A stretch of 30,495 nt of DNA. It comes from Fidelibacterota bacterium. Its GTDB lineage: Bacteria; Fidelibacterota; Marinisomatia; Marinisomatales; TCS55. Below, one piece after another: positions 1 through 10,141 of this stretch (position 1 is its first letter; each line of letters begins with the position of its first letter). The notes beneath the pieces were generated by a model. It was given only the letters and a program-made list of their open reading frames with translations, did no database searches and was not told the origin of the DNA. The translations under genes and the position numbers were made by a program. Where the stretch lies: assembly GCA_046861385.1 (NCBI GenBank), contig JBHHTW010000027.1, forward strand, positions 1 through 30,495, written 5' to 3'.

Positions 1-17
1 TTATTTAATCAATTGTA

Positions 18-1298
18 TTAAAAACTGTATTTCACTTTAACATAAAAATTATCATTATCATCAAATTGGCTGAATAGTTTATTCTTCTTATTACCGCCAA
101 AAATATCAGCAGCGAGAATGATCTCTACGTCGTCCAAAGGATAATACTTTACACTGAATCTTCCCCAATAATCCTCGTGTGTTAAATTATAGATTGTAAA
201 TATTTCAGGTTTTATAGTTTCATTCGCAAATGTATGCGAAAGCAATAATGTTCCTGTGTTGACGATTTTGTCATTTGCTAATTGAGCATTATAATCCAAA
301 ATAACTTCTTGCACTAATTGTCCGCTGATGAAGGCATTGCCAGGTGTCATTTCTAGACCAATCATGTAATTGAGGAAATCTTTCTGGACGACACGATCTT
401 CATCCATCATATTGCCCGTATAAAAATTTTTGTTTCGATATAGGGCTCCTTCTCCGCGGATTACTGTAGGACCCAGCGTTGTAGAAAATTTTCCACCGAT
501 TACCGTTAACCGGTCATGTTCAGGTATAATCGTAACGCTAAATGGAATAAATGGGTTCGCTGTTTGTTTATAATACTGCCGGAAAACGGGATAATCATCC
601 CAAGTATAGTGATAAGAGAATGCAAGATCAATTCCTTTGATAAATGTAGAATACCTAAAACCAAATTCAGAATTTTTCAGATAGTTTTCCGGCAGGTTCG
701 TGGAATGGATTGTGATGAGCGAGTCCGGAATTATTTTCGCAATTTCGTCTATGGGAGTATAAAATGCCCATGGCTCATCCAGCGGAGAAAATTTGGCTGG
801 TACGAATTGGGGTATCCAAATACTTTCCAGACGAGAATTGTTCAAATAAAGCTGGAATTTTGCGGCGATGATCCCCATTCGAATATCTTCAGAATCTGCT
901 AGGATAAATTCTCTTAAGTCAAGAGGATTAACAATATCTGTAATAAAAAGACCGTCTGCTTCACCCCATACAATTTGCTGTTTTCCCAACCGGATATCAA
1001 ATGAGTCGAAATAGAGATCGATATATAATTCTCTTATCGTCATCTCAGTAGTTTGCTCCGCACCAACCTGATCGTTTTTTATATCAAAGGAGGCATAACC
1101 CAATGCATATTCTGAGGAAGAATTAATAAAATTCAAACGAAGTCTATTCCTTAAGACGAGAAAATCGTAATTATTATTTAACAGTACTGCATTATAATTT
1201 TTTACATAACCACCAATTTCTATCTGGGGAAGAGATACGTTAATTATCGTAATGAATACAATGCTGAGTCTTTTTATCATTTTTAAGGTATTCATCAA
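18..1298 (-). CDS. Outer-membrane beta-barrel protein, DUF1302-like
   Basis: N-terminal signal-like segment, 'IRELYIDLYFDSFDIRLGKQQIVWG..D' motif, C-terminal 'VKVKYSF' barrel signal; last gene of the MMPL-LolA-like operon. Confidence 0.75.
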   Translation of the reverse strand: MMNTLKMIKRLSIVFITIINVSLPQIEIGGYVKNYNAVLLNNNYDFLVLRNRLRLNFINSSSEYALGYASFDIKNDQVGAEQTTEMTIRELYIDLYFDSFDIRLGKQQIVWGEADGLFITDIVNPLDLREFILADSEDIRMGIIAAKFQLYLNNSRLESIWIPQFVPAKFSPLDEPWAFYTPIDEIAKIIPDSLITIHSTNLPENYLKNSEFGFRYSTFIKGIDLAFSYHYTWDDYPVFRQYYKQTANPFIPFSVTIIPEHDRLTVIGGKFSTTLGPTVIRGEGALYRNKNFYTGNMMDEDRVVQKDFLNYMIGLEMTPGNAFISGQLVQEVILDYNAQLANDKIVNTGTLLLSHTFANETIKPEIFTIYNLTHEDYWGRFSVKYYPLDDVEIILAADIFGGNKKNKLFSQFDDNDNFYVKVKYSF

Positions 1299-1323
1299 AT
1301 TTCATTCATAAGGGCAATATATA

Positions 1324-2112
1324 TTATCTACCTCTCTCGAGATATCTCTGGGTAAAGAATTTCTCTGCTACCCCCTGGTTGATTTGTATGTTCTTATAGA
1401 GGAGTTCGGTACGATGCCCTGTTTTGATATTTTGCATTTCAATTAAATAAGCGCGCCATTTATCAGTACCATTTACAGATCGAATATCACCGGAATTCAT
1501 CATTTTAATAAGATCTCCTTTCTTGTTATAGAAATTTACTTTAGTGGATACATAATTATCTTTACGAATCCATACTTCAGATTTACTGTAGGCTGTCTCT
1601 TGCTTTACTTGTTCGTCAACAGGGATGGATTGAATGACAAAACACTCTACGCCATCGACAACTTCTTCCCGTAACAAAGTATACCGGTAATCTTCCAATT
1701 CATTTTGGTCAATATCTTCGTAAGAAAAATCAGAACCCATAAAACTATCGGTTTTTTCGCTGGAAGAAATTCTTCTTACCCGTTTTAATGCCGGCAGATA
1801 TAACCATTGATCTTCACGGTCGCCGTCTTCCACAGATAATAGCCCAACACCTTTTACATCTGCGGGAGAAAGAAATCGAATAAGAGTCTTATCATTGTTT
1901 TCACTATCCGTCTTTGAATATAGAACAACCTGGCGTTTCCGCTCTTTGCCCCGTTTATTTATCAGCTTCATAGTAAATTGAGATTCCTCATTCCGGGCTG
2001 TCATTTGACTCTCGTTTTTTTTCATAATTTCACGGGGCGATAAATCTTGTCCTACCCCAAAACTTGCGGATAGGAACATGACTATTGCTAATTGAATCGC
2101 TAAATTTTTCAT
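1324..2112 (-). CDS. Outer-membrane lipoprotein-sorting protein (LolA-like)
   Basis: Signal peptide; 'FLSPADVKG', 'DQWLYLPALKRVRRIS', 'SFMGSDFSYED' motifs. Confidence 0.85.
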   Translation of the reverse strand: MKNLAIQLAIVMFLSASFGVGQDLSPREIMKKNESQMTARNEESQFTMKLINKRGKERKRQVVLYSKTDSENNDKTLIRFLSPADVKGVGLLSVEDGDREDQWLYLPALKRVRRISSSEKTDSFMGSDFSYEDIDQNELEDYRYTLLREEVVDGVECFVIQSIPVDEQVKQETAYSKSEVWIRKDNYVSTKVNFYNKKGDLIKMMNSGDIRSVNGTDKWRAYLIEMQNIKTGHRTELLYKNIQINQGVAEKFFTQRYLERGR

Positions 2113-2150
2113 CGCTTTTTCTCCTTATTCACTGCACTAAAATATTATTT

Positions 2151-4526
2151 TTAATTCTGTTCAACTAACTCTAAGTTTTCTTTTGTTGCTGAAAAAACCG
2201 GGACAGTTCCATTACTCTGTTTAAAATTCGGCTTTTGTTCTGCGGTCTCACTTTGGTTTCCCCAGATGAATTTGGGTTTAAAATACGCAAATAGCGGGGG
2301 AAGTAAAATGAGTGAACCAAACCCACTGGTTATCATTGTAAGGGACACCAGCCAACCGAAGTTTTGTACTGGTGTGAAACCGGAAAAGATTAACACGGAA
2401 AATCCGAGCACATTAGAGAACAGATCAAAAACGATTGCTTTCCCGGCAGTACTCAGCGTTGTTATTGTCGATTTTTCTATATCACGGGATTTTTGAAATT
2501 CTTCTTTAAACCGGCTGACAAAATGAATGGCAAAGTCCACTCCCACGCCAACGGCAATTGCGGTAATAATCGCAGTGCCCATCTCCAACCGAATTCCCAT
2601 ATAGCCCATTAGACCGAATGTAATCATTGTTGCGATTGAAAGGGGAACAATATTAAACAATCCTCCGGAGATGGATCGAAAAACAACCAGACAGAATAAA
2701 AATACAATTGCTATTGCGCTAATGATATTCAGTATTTCACCCCTTGCAATGTATCCGGTCTGCGCCAGCCAGGACATGACTGAACCACCAAATTCAATTT
2801 CCACACCGGGATCAAAATGAGTTTTGGCATATTGACGCAATTCGTGATAGAGCCGATTGTGGTCGTCCTGTTCAGAAGTTTGAATTGTAATTCGAATTTT
2901 TGCGCGTTGGTAATCGTAATCCACAATATCTTCGAAATCACCAGGGTCGCCGGACATTGAATATAATAGCAGGTATTGGCCAATCAGTTCCCGTGAATCC
3001 GGGATCGTTTCATACTGCAGGTCATCGTTGTTCATCACCCGGTTGATCCGTTTGATTATATCTGCAAATGAATTGGAATAACCGACGCCTTCCAGCCCTT
3101 CAGCATATCTTTGGAAATCATCAATCTGTCTGAGTAGGGACGGATCCGTTATGGTGTCGGGTTCTTTACCGGTAATCATAATACTTAAATTGCGGGCGCC
3201 GCCCAGATATTCATTGAACATATTGAAAGATTGTTTAATTCGATGACCATCAGGGAACATATCCGTATAATCTTCGCCTACACGAATTCCGGAGATTCCG
3301 ATTATTGAAGTCACCATTATGATTAATGAGGCAGCGGCAATCAAACCAGGCCGTTTTAAAGATAACCGGGCAAAAGATATTAAGAGTCTATCTCCAAGAT
3401 GTTTATTAATTCTCTCCGGTTTTACAGATGGCTTTTTCAACACCATCAATAAAGCAGGTGGCACAGTTAAAGTGATGATTAGGGCTGCTAATATTCCGAT
3501 AGCAGCGATGATACCGAATTCCCTGATCGACATGATTTTAAATACGGCAAGTGTAGCAGATCCAGCTGCTGAAGTGATACCGGTCATTAACACAGGAGGC
3601 GTCATGGTAAGAACTGTTTCAGTCACTGCTTCAGTAATGGATTTATCACGGATTTCCTCATAATATCGATGTAAAACGTGTATTCCATAAGAACTGGCGA
3701 CTGCCACCATCACCATCGGTAACGCTGAGGAAACAACTGTTACTGCCAGTCCCACATGACCCATAATTCCCATTGTCCAGATAATACTGAGAATGACAAC
3801 CGAAAAGGGAAGCAAAACGCCGCGGATGCTCCTGAAGGAAATAAAAAAGCCAATTAATACCAAAATCAATGCAAACGGAAGCAAAATGGAAACATCGCGT
3901 TGTATTCCAAGATCAATCTCCTGCTGCATAACGGGTTCTCCGTTGGTGTATATCCTCTCGGGTCCACTATATTTTTTAGCGATAGCAGTTACCTTATCAT
4001 AAACGGCAGCTTGATCGTACCCACGTTCAATATTTGCGGTGATTACCGTACTGCTGAAATCCTTGGAAACCAATTTTCCATAGACCAGAGAGTTCGATTG
4101 AACGTCGGTGCGGATTTGATTGATTCCTTCAGTTGTTTCAGGAACCGTTTCCATAAAAGGTCCCACATCGAGTCCCCACTCGCGTCCCTTGATATTGTTT
4201 AGGGTAGCAAGACTGGTAATCTGATCTTCAATAACACCCTCAACCTGTTTTAATTCTTCAGAGATATCCGCTATTTTCTGAAGTGTTTGCGCATTAAAAA
4301 TATCGTCCGCCTTAATTCCAATCATGACCATGTCCTTTTCGCCAAAGACTTCTTCCAGCCGGTCATTCGTGGCAATTATTGGATCATCCTTCGGCAGTTC
4401 CGAGTCGTAATTGTTGCGGGTTTCTATCTTAGTAATTCCCGATCCAATGATAACTGTAAGTATCGCAATCAGTACAAGAACTAATTTGGGATAATTGGTA
4501 ATGAGTTTGGCAAATTGTTTAAGCAT
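2151..4526 (-). CDS. MMPL/RND family exporter
   Basis: 791 aa, two repeats of TM + periplasmic domain + TM bundle; 'GVGVDFAIHF' in second repeat; SD AGGAG upstream. Confidence 0.9.
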   Translation of the reverse strand: MLKQFAKLITNYPKLVLVLIAILTVIIGSGITKIETRNNYDSELPKDDPIIATNDRLEEVFGEKDMVMIGIKADDIFNAQTLQKIADISEELKQVEGVIEDQITSLATLNNIKGREWGLDVGPFMETVPETTEGINQIRTDVQSNSLVYGKLVSKDFSSTVITANIERGYDQAAVYDKVTAIAKKYSGPERIYTNGEPVMQQEIDLGIQRDVSILLPFALILVLIGFFISFRSIRGVLLPFSVVILSIIWTMGIMGHVGLAVTVVSSALPMVMVAVASSYGIHVLHRYYEEIRDKSITEAVTETVLTMTPPVLMTGITSAAGSATLAVFKIMSIREFGIIAAIGILAALIITLTVPPALLMVLKKPSVKPERINKHLGDRLLISFARLSLKRPGLIAAASLIIMVTSIIGISGIRVGEDYTDMFPDGHRIKQSFNMFNEYLGGARNLSIMITGKEPDTITDPSLLRQIDDFQRYAEGLEGVGYSNSFADIIKRINRVMNNDDLQYETIPDSRELIGQYLLLYSMSGDPGDFEDIVDYDYQRAKIRITIQTSEQDDHNRLYHELRQYAKTHFDPGVEIEFGGSVMSWLAQTGYIARGEILNIISAIAIVFLFCLVVFRSISGGLFNIVPLSIATMITFGLMGYMGIRLEMGTAIITAIAVGVGVDFAIHFVSRFKEEFQKSRDIEKSTITTLSTAGKAIVFDLFSNVLGFSVLIFSGFTPVQNFGWLVSLTMITSGFGSLILLPPLFAYFKPKFIWGNQSETAEQKPNFKQSNGTVPVFSATKENLELVEQN

Positions 4527-4579
4527 TAATATCTCCTATATAAAATTGACTACTATTTACTTCATGACTATCATTATAA

Positions 4580-4598
4580 TATTGACCAGCAGTCAGTA
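4580..4598. promoter_or_regulatory. Putative TetR operator (TATTGAC-N5-GTCAGTA)
   Basis: Near-perfect inverted repeat 54 nt upstream of the MMPL start; a related site lies upstream of tetR. Confidence 0.55.
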
Positions 4599-4648
4599 AC
4601 AGTATAAAAAAATTGCCCGGGACAGGGCTATGTATTTTTTTGATCATA

Positions 4649-5281
4649 TTATTTCTTTTTTAATCCTTCTATATAGATATCCACTGCGTGATCCAGAAGT
4701 GACTTTTCATCGGCTGATCTCATGAAATCTTTATACCCCTTATCACTGCAAAGAAAGAAGATTCCATTTGCAGTAGCCCAAAGGTTTAATGTCATTTTCC
4801 AAGCATCAACATTCCGAAATGTCCCTTCGCCGATACCTTTTTGAATAATGCCTTCTATCATCCGTAACATTTCTGTAGCCTGGCGCATACACGACTCATA
4901 AAGTTCCGGTGAAACTTTATCCCTTATATCTCCATGATGTAAAAAATATGTGATCTTAAAATAATCAGGGTAATTTTTATAAAAGTCATAATAGACAGCA
5001 GCAGTTTTCCTTATTAGTCCTTCGGCGGATAGGGAAGGCAGAAGTTCTTTCTGCATCATGTCCATAAATATTATATCTCCATCATGGAGTAAAGACAGGT
5101 ACAGTTCTTCTTTACTCTGGAAATATAAATATAGTGTCCCTTTACTCAGTTCGGATTTTTCGGCAATTTCATCCATGGTGGCAGATACCAATCCCTTGGA
5201 GAAAAATACTCCCTTGGCCGCCTGAAGGATGTCATCCCGCCGTTGTTGTTTTTCTTTTTCTTTTCTTTCTTTAATGCCCAT
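4649..5281 (-). CDS. TetR/AcrR family transcriptional regulator
   Basis: N-terminal HTH 'ATMDEIAEKSELSKGTLYLYFQSKEEL'. Confidence 0.95.
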   Translation of the reverse strand: MGIKERKEKEKQQRRDDILQAAKGVFFSKGLVSATMDEIAEKSELSKGTLYLYFQSKEELYLSLLHDGDIIFMDMMQKELLPSLSAEGLIRKTAAVYYDFYKNYPDYFKITYFLHHGDIRDKVSPELYESCMRQATEMLRMIEGIIQKGIGEGTFRNVDAWKMTLNLWATANGIFFLCSDKGYKDFMRSADEKSLLDHAVDIYIEGLKKK

Positions 5282-5298
5282 TGAACGTCTTAGTAATT

Positions 5299-5315
5299 AA
5301 TGACTGATGGTTATT
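5299..5315. promoter_or_regulatory. Putative TetR autoregulatory operator (AATGAC-N5-GTTATT)
   Basis: Imperfect inverted repeat with the same TGAC-N5-GTYA geometry as 4580-4598, 18 nt upstream of the tetR ATG. Confidence 0.45.
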
Positions 5316-5400
5316 TAATGACCCAATATACATAATAATTCTATTTAAACTAAAGAAATTTTACTTCGTTATTTCATATCTGTATATTTATCGAGAAAGA

Positions 5401-8049
5401 TTAAAGATTGAATAAATGATTAAATTTGATCAGAAAAATATTTTCCTGATCAGCGTCAAATAGATCATACAAATCATTTCCATAATTAAAATCACCCATT
5501 TCTACAAAATCTGTTATTCCCTGAGACCATACCAAATAAAGCGTTGATCCCGGGCGGTATTCCCATCGTAAAACCAGATTTGAATTAAACTGTCTATAAT
5601 TAAAATCTAAATTTGGAATTGAATAATTGAGTATATTGTCTGAATCTTCGTCGATCTCCCACATTTCAGTGTCTTGATTATAACTCATTTCGTCATCCGA
5701 ATATGAATAAAACCGTTCATCATAATTTTCACCTTTTGGATCTGTTAATTTTATAAAACGATCATATTTTCCCGCAGTAACAAACGGAGAACCGTAGTAT
5801 TGAAGAGATAAGTCAGGAGTTAAGGTCCAGTCCAGACGAAAGGTTGAAGAGAGTGTTTTTTGATCGAAGTGGGCGAGGAGATACTCATCAGTTTGATTCT
5901 GAATGTCGTAAGACGGTTCATAATCTGACCAATTCGCCCATGTATCTATTTGGTGGTCATAATTGATTGAGAATCTTAATAGAATATTTGTTACTGGACG
6001 CCAGTCAATATTCGAATTGATACCCGTCCATTTTGAACCCATGACAGCCTTTCCTCTGTGGCCATTAAAATTAATAGATAAATCTTTATTTTGATTGCTT
6101 CCTGCAAAAAACCAACCATTTAGCCCTCCATCTGTTTTAATTGAAGGTCCGCCCCAGAGCGCAGTTGTATGAAGACCAGGGCCATCATAGTTTATTCCCA
6201 TTCCAAAATTCCAGTAATTTAATAATGTTACTCGAAAATTAACATTACCACCGATTGGGTGAGCTTCTTGCCCAAAGTTGGTGGAATGCCAAATACTCAT
6301 ATTTGACTGACAATTTCGTAAATATTTTCCAGGGTCGTTTTCCTGACGACTTAACCACAGAAATTGCACCTGGTTATCTACATTTCTATGATACCCGAGA
6401 TCGTTGGCTTCAAAACCTGGAGAAAACACCCATTGCCCAACTCCCCATCGCCAATCACCGTTTACTTTGAATAACCCAACATTTTCAGTAAATCCGGTTA
6501 GATGAGTCGCGGAAGAATCAACATTTAAATACGAAGCATCGGATCGCTGAAAATAATGGTTAGAACTTCTCTGCGTATTAATGATGGCTTCAGGTTTTCC
6601 AATAACCTCGGAAAAGGCAACTCCGCCTAATATCATATAGGAATCATTGGCAAAAAGATGCGTAAAATCTAATCCAGCTGAATACGCATTCGAATGGAGC
6701 CATTCCAAATGAGCGTTATCAATTTTTCTGTTAGTCGCGGTGACTATTCCTCCAAATGTCGTCTTTCCTTCTCTAAAATCTTTTTGAATACGATTTACGG
6801 AATAATTTGTGAGTGGTTCAATCGTTTGTTTAAAACTTGAACTATCTACATATTCAATATTCGCGATTTCCTCCGACGTCAATGCATCTAAAATCCCAAT
6901 AGACCAGCCACTGCTGGTTTTTCCGCTTAGTTTTGCTGCCCCCAGGATCCGCGTTGAATTTGGTTCAGCGATATACCCATCGGAATATTCACCCCAGTTG
7001 GCACTGTAATGGGGGCTTCTTCCAATTCTTCTAGTATAAAATAATGAATTTCTACTTTGATCTCCATCTCCGATACCCAGTGCATAATTAAATATATTAC
7101 CACCTTCAACAAAAAACGGTCGTTTTTCTTCAAAATATGATTCGAAAGCAGACAAGTTGAGTTCAGCTGGATCAGCTTCCACCTGGCCAAAATCAGGATT
7201 GATTGTAATATCCAGAGTCAAATTATTGGTCACTCCGAATTTTACATCCAGACCTGTGGTATTCAGTAAATTATAGTTTTTCGGATGCACTGGGTTTTTA
7301 TATAGTTTTGAATGTTCGATTTGACCAGTTGTGTACGGAATAACTTGAAGTTGTTTTTGCTGCGGTATATCTTTTAGATTATTCAGCTCACCAAAATGTC
7401 TGACAAAACCCTGCTCATCCTTTGACCAGTAAGTCCAATAATCTTCCTCATTTTTAGTTGCTATTTGACGTTCGATTTGAAAGCCCCAAACTTGCGAGTC
7501 CGCTTTATCAAATCGCAGTTCCCTAAAAGGTATTTTAAACTCTGCTGACCAGCCTCCATCAAAATAGGTTGTTTCTCCTTCCCAGACGGCATCCCAGTTT
7601 CTATCAGAGTTTTCATCATCGGACCAGCGAATATCTCTTTTTACACCGTCAGGATTTAACCCAAACTGAAATGCAGTCCGGTTATCATTATAACTATCAA
7701 TATAGACATAAAGCCAATCACTGGGGGACCATTCATCCCGCCGGGTTAATACGCTTTTAATGGTATTTGGATCAGAATAGTATGCTTTGATACCAACATA
7801 TAAATTATCGAGGTCATAACAGACCGAGAATTCAGTCTGTTCCGAAGGGACCTCATTTTCAATAGGTTCGCGCTGGATAAAATCAAGTCTAAATCCTGCA
7901 TTTCCCCAAATGGGTTCTTCTAACGATCCATCAATAATAATACGGCCGCCATTTAGTTCCTTTGATGAATACACTTTCTCTGTAGCGAGAAGTGGAATAG
8001 TAATTATGATGAAATATATAATAGAAAAATAGTGTATTGTTTTGTTCAT
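5401..8049 (-). CDS. DUF5916 domain protein with N-terminal CBM9-like domain (outer membrane)
   Basis: 'IDGSLEEPIW', 'INPDFGQVEAD', 'EEKRPFFVEG', 'LFYTRRIG', 'NLVLRWEYRPGS' motifs; start at MNKTIHYF (8049) gives a signal peptide (ORF track start 8094). Confidence 0.85.
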   Translation of the reverse strand: MNKTIHYFSIIYFIIITIPLLATEKVYSSKELNGGRIIIDGSLEEPIWGNAGFRLDFIQREPIENEVPSEQTEFSVCYDLDNLYVGIKAYYSDPNTIKSVLTRRDEWSPSDWLYVYIDSYNDNRTAFQFGLNPDGVKRDIRWSDDENSDRNWDAVWEGETTYFDGGWSAEFKIPFRELRFDKADSQVWGFQIERQIATKNEEDYWTYWSKDEQGFVRHFGELNNLKDIPQQKQLQVIPYTTGQIEHSKLYKNPVHPKNYNLLNTTGLDVKFGVTNNLTLDITINPDFGQVEADPAELNLSAFESYFEEKRPFFVEGGNIFNYALGIGDGDQSRNSLFYTRRIGRSPHYSANWGEYSDGYIAEPNSTRILGAAKLSGKTSSGWSIGILDALTSEEIANIEYVDSSSFKQTIEPLTNYSVNRIQKDFREGKTTFGGIVTATNRKIDNAHLEWLHSNAYSAGLDFTHLFANDSYMILGGVAFSEVIGKPEAIINTQRSSNHYFQRSDASYLNVDSSATHLTGFTENVGLFKVNGDWRWGVGQWVFSPGFEANDLGYHRNVDNQVQFLWLSRQENDPGKYLRNCQSNMSIWHSTNFGQEAHPIGGNVNFRVTLLNYWNFGMGINYDGPGLHTTALWGGPSIKTDGGLNGWFFAGSNQNKDLSINFNGHRGKAVMGSKWTGINSNIDWRPVTNILLRFSINYDHQIDTWANWSDYEPSYDIQNQTDEYLLAHFDQKTLSSTFRLDWTLTPDLSLQYYGSPFVTAGKYDRFIKLTDPKGENYDERFYSYSDDEMSYNQDTEMWEIDEDSDNILNYSIPNLDFNYRQFNSNLVLRWEYRPGSTLYLVWSQGITDFVEMGDFNYGNDLYDLFDADQENIFLIKFNHLFNL

Positions 8050-8225
8050 TATCTTTTGATCCATTATTGTTTGATTTATATCAGACAATGTCATTATTAA
8101 TTTGTTGTCCGCATAAAATGTATTTTTAAAAAAACCAATCTTTCAATTCAAATGACCGATCTTATTTTATCATTTCGGATGAAAAGTCAGAGTGCCCTAT
8201 TCCAAGCTGGTTTCATGAAAATCTA

Positions 8226-8345
8226 TTAAATAAGCATGAGCATCCAAAACGGGCTGAAAGCCAGTGCCATAATTAAAACGGTAATCATCCAATTGAGATT
8301 TAAATAATCTGTTTTTTTCTGTTCCTTAACGGATATGGTAGTCAT
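8226..8345 (-). CDS. Small single-TM membrane protein, 39 aa (MTTISVKEQKKTDYLNLNWMITVLIMALAFSPFWMLMLI)
   Basis: Hand-translated and absent from the ORF track; AAGGA SD upstream, hydrophobic C-terminal half, sigma54-like promoter just upstream. Confidence 0.6.
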   Translation of the reverse strand: MTTISVKEQKKTDYLNLNWMITVLIMALAFSPFWMLMLI

Positions 8346-8380
8346 TTTTTTTCCTTTTCTTTTATATTTATCACTATTAT

Positions 8381-8396
8381 ATCAAACATCGTGCCA
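8381..8396 (-). promoter_or_regulatory. Sigma54 (-24/-12)-like promoter
   Basis: TGGCACGATGTTTGAT versus consensus TGGCACG-N4-TTGC(W); long AT-rich upstream region. Confidence 0.6.
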
Positions 8397-8641
8397 AAAG
8401 AGTCGATATATTCGTAAACCAATAAATATGTGTAGTTACAAACATTCTATTAATTGGAGACAGATGAGAATAACCATGCTATATTAATATGGATATATAA
8501 TATTGATATGAGTAATTGTTTTTGTTCATACGGTTTCACAATGAGCTGTTGAATTAATATGATTGGTAAATTAAACGATTCACATATCACTCACTTTCTC
8601 TGCCTGGCTCAAATGCATGTTAACAAGAGGATCCATGATCC

Positions 8642-9375
8642 TTATTGCCAACTACCTCCGATTTTCCTGATGGTTCCCGACCCACTTTTTTTGAGAAATA
8701 CATCTTCAGCCTCCCCAGCATATTTCACATCTCCACTGCCGCTGATCTGTGCATCAATATTTTTTTTCACCCAAACTGCCGCATCTCCGGATCCACTGAT
8801 TATGATAAAAGCTTCGTCACTATCAAGGTGCTCACCCGAATAGGTTCCGGAACCGCTAATCGTTATTTTTTGAGATCCAACTTCGCCGGCCAGATAACAA
8901 TTACCTGAACCGGAAATACTCATATTCAATTTATAAGATTGAATGGATTCTATTTCAACATTTCCAGAACCGCTGATCCTGATTTCTAAATGATCTGTTT
9001 CAATATTTTCAGACGTGATTTCTCCTGAACCGGAAATGGATAAACCCTGGATATTTTTCATTGTGATGAAATATTTAATTTTATTCGTGGCAGTTTTCAA
9101 AGGATTTTTCATCCAATGTCTATTTTTAACATCCAAGTAAAGTGTTCTGTTTCGCACATCTGATATGATTTCAGACATCATGTCCTCATCTGCTTCAACC
9201 GTAAGTATCTCTTGAGTTCCCTGGGTTAATATCACCTCGCCATATCCCCTTAATTCTATTTGATCAAATCCATTCACAGATCGATCATCTTTAATAACCT
9301 TTCCAAATGCGATTGAGCTGATGACTGTTGTTAAAACAAAGTTGTGTTCATTGCAAAACCTAATTTTTTAATCAT
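8642..9375 (-). pseudogene. Head GIN domain (DUF2807) protein, frameshifted in its signal peptide
   Basis: Repeated ISGSG beta-helix motifs; ATG at 9375 with AAGGA SD reads MIKKLGFAMNTTLF*, while the main frame reads ..FVLTTVISSIAFGKVIKDDRSVNGFD; the two frames are offset by 1 nt near 9340. Confidence 0.7.
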
Positions 9376-9596
9376 AATTGATATCCTTTTTCTATTTAGA
9401 GCGGATTGGACAGGTTCAGTAATAATAGGTTGTCAAAGGAATAGATTATTCCCGCAGATCATTATTTATGAGACTAATACAAATATCAATTATGTCAGGT
9501 GAATGACAAATATTCATGTTTAGATCTCCCTAACATTCAACATCATTTAGAGGGTCAAAACGTCTCTCTTGAATCAATTAATAATTAGAGGAAATC

Positions 9597-10133
9597 ATGA
9601 AGAAAATAATCATAACAACCTTACTCATTCTGCCGTTGATGGTGGCATCGGCGATCGTCCTAAATCAGTCAGCTGGAATTCTGGCCGGCGAAGGCCATGC
9701 CCGCACCCACGATTTTACCGTCACTGCAACCAGCTACGATTTGGATATCAGCGATACGGACACCAATGGAGAACGTTCAATTAAATTGACCGTTCCCGTC
9801 AAAGATATTGATACTGGAATCGGAATGCGTAATACCCATATGAGAACAAGTATGTTTGATCAAAAAAATAATCCGAACATTATTTTTACTGCCAATACTG
9901 ATGCAGAATTAGCCGTTGGATCAGTGGATCTGAATGGGGTTCTGACCATTAACGGTGTATCAAAAGCTCATGTATTAAACATAACTATAGAAAATAACTC
10001 AAACGACTTAATTGCCAGCGGTCAAACGGAAATTATACTCACGGAATTTGATCTACCCTTAGTTGGTATGGGACCCATGAAAATATTAGATCATGTCGAT
10101 ATGGCCTTTAACATAATTTTGCCAAAACAATAG
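9597..10133 (+). CDS. YceI family (lipid/polyisoprenoid-binding) periplasmic protein
   Basis: Signal peptide; 'VPVKDIDTGIGMRNTHMR', 'P.IIF', 'GVLTINGVSK' motifs; SD GAGGA. Confidence 0.85.
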   Translation: MKKIIITTLLILPLMVASAIVLNQSAGILAGEGHARTHDFTVTATSYDLDISDTDTNGERSIKLTVPVKDIDTGIGMRNTHMRTSMFDQKNNPNIIFTANTDAELAVGSVDLNGVLTINGVSKAHVLNITIENNSNDLIASGQTEIILTEFDLPLVGMGPMKILDHVDMAFNIILPKQ

Positions 10134-10141
10134 AAAATCTG

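Noticed and set aside
516-8908. Antisense and nested ORFs within long genes (also throughout 13391-29806)
   Set aside because: Shadow frames of well-supported genes with no recognisable motifs.
8660-9040. Repeated GAACCG/GATCC-like DNA motifs
   Set aside because: Explained by the ISGSG beta-helix repeats of the GIN domain.
9405-9436. TTGACA or ECF-type promoter upstream of the GIN gene
   Set aside because: No sigma70 -10 at proper spacing, and the ECF match is too degenerate to support.
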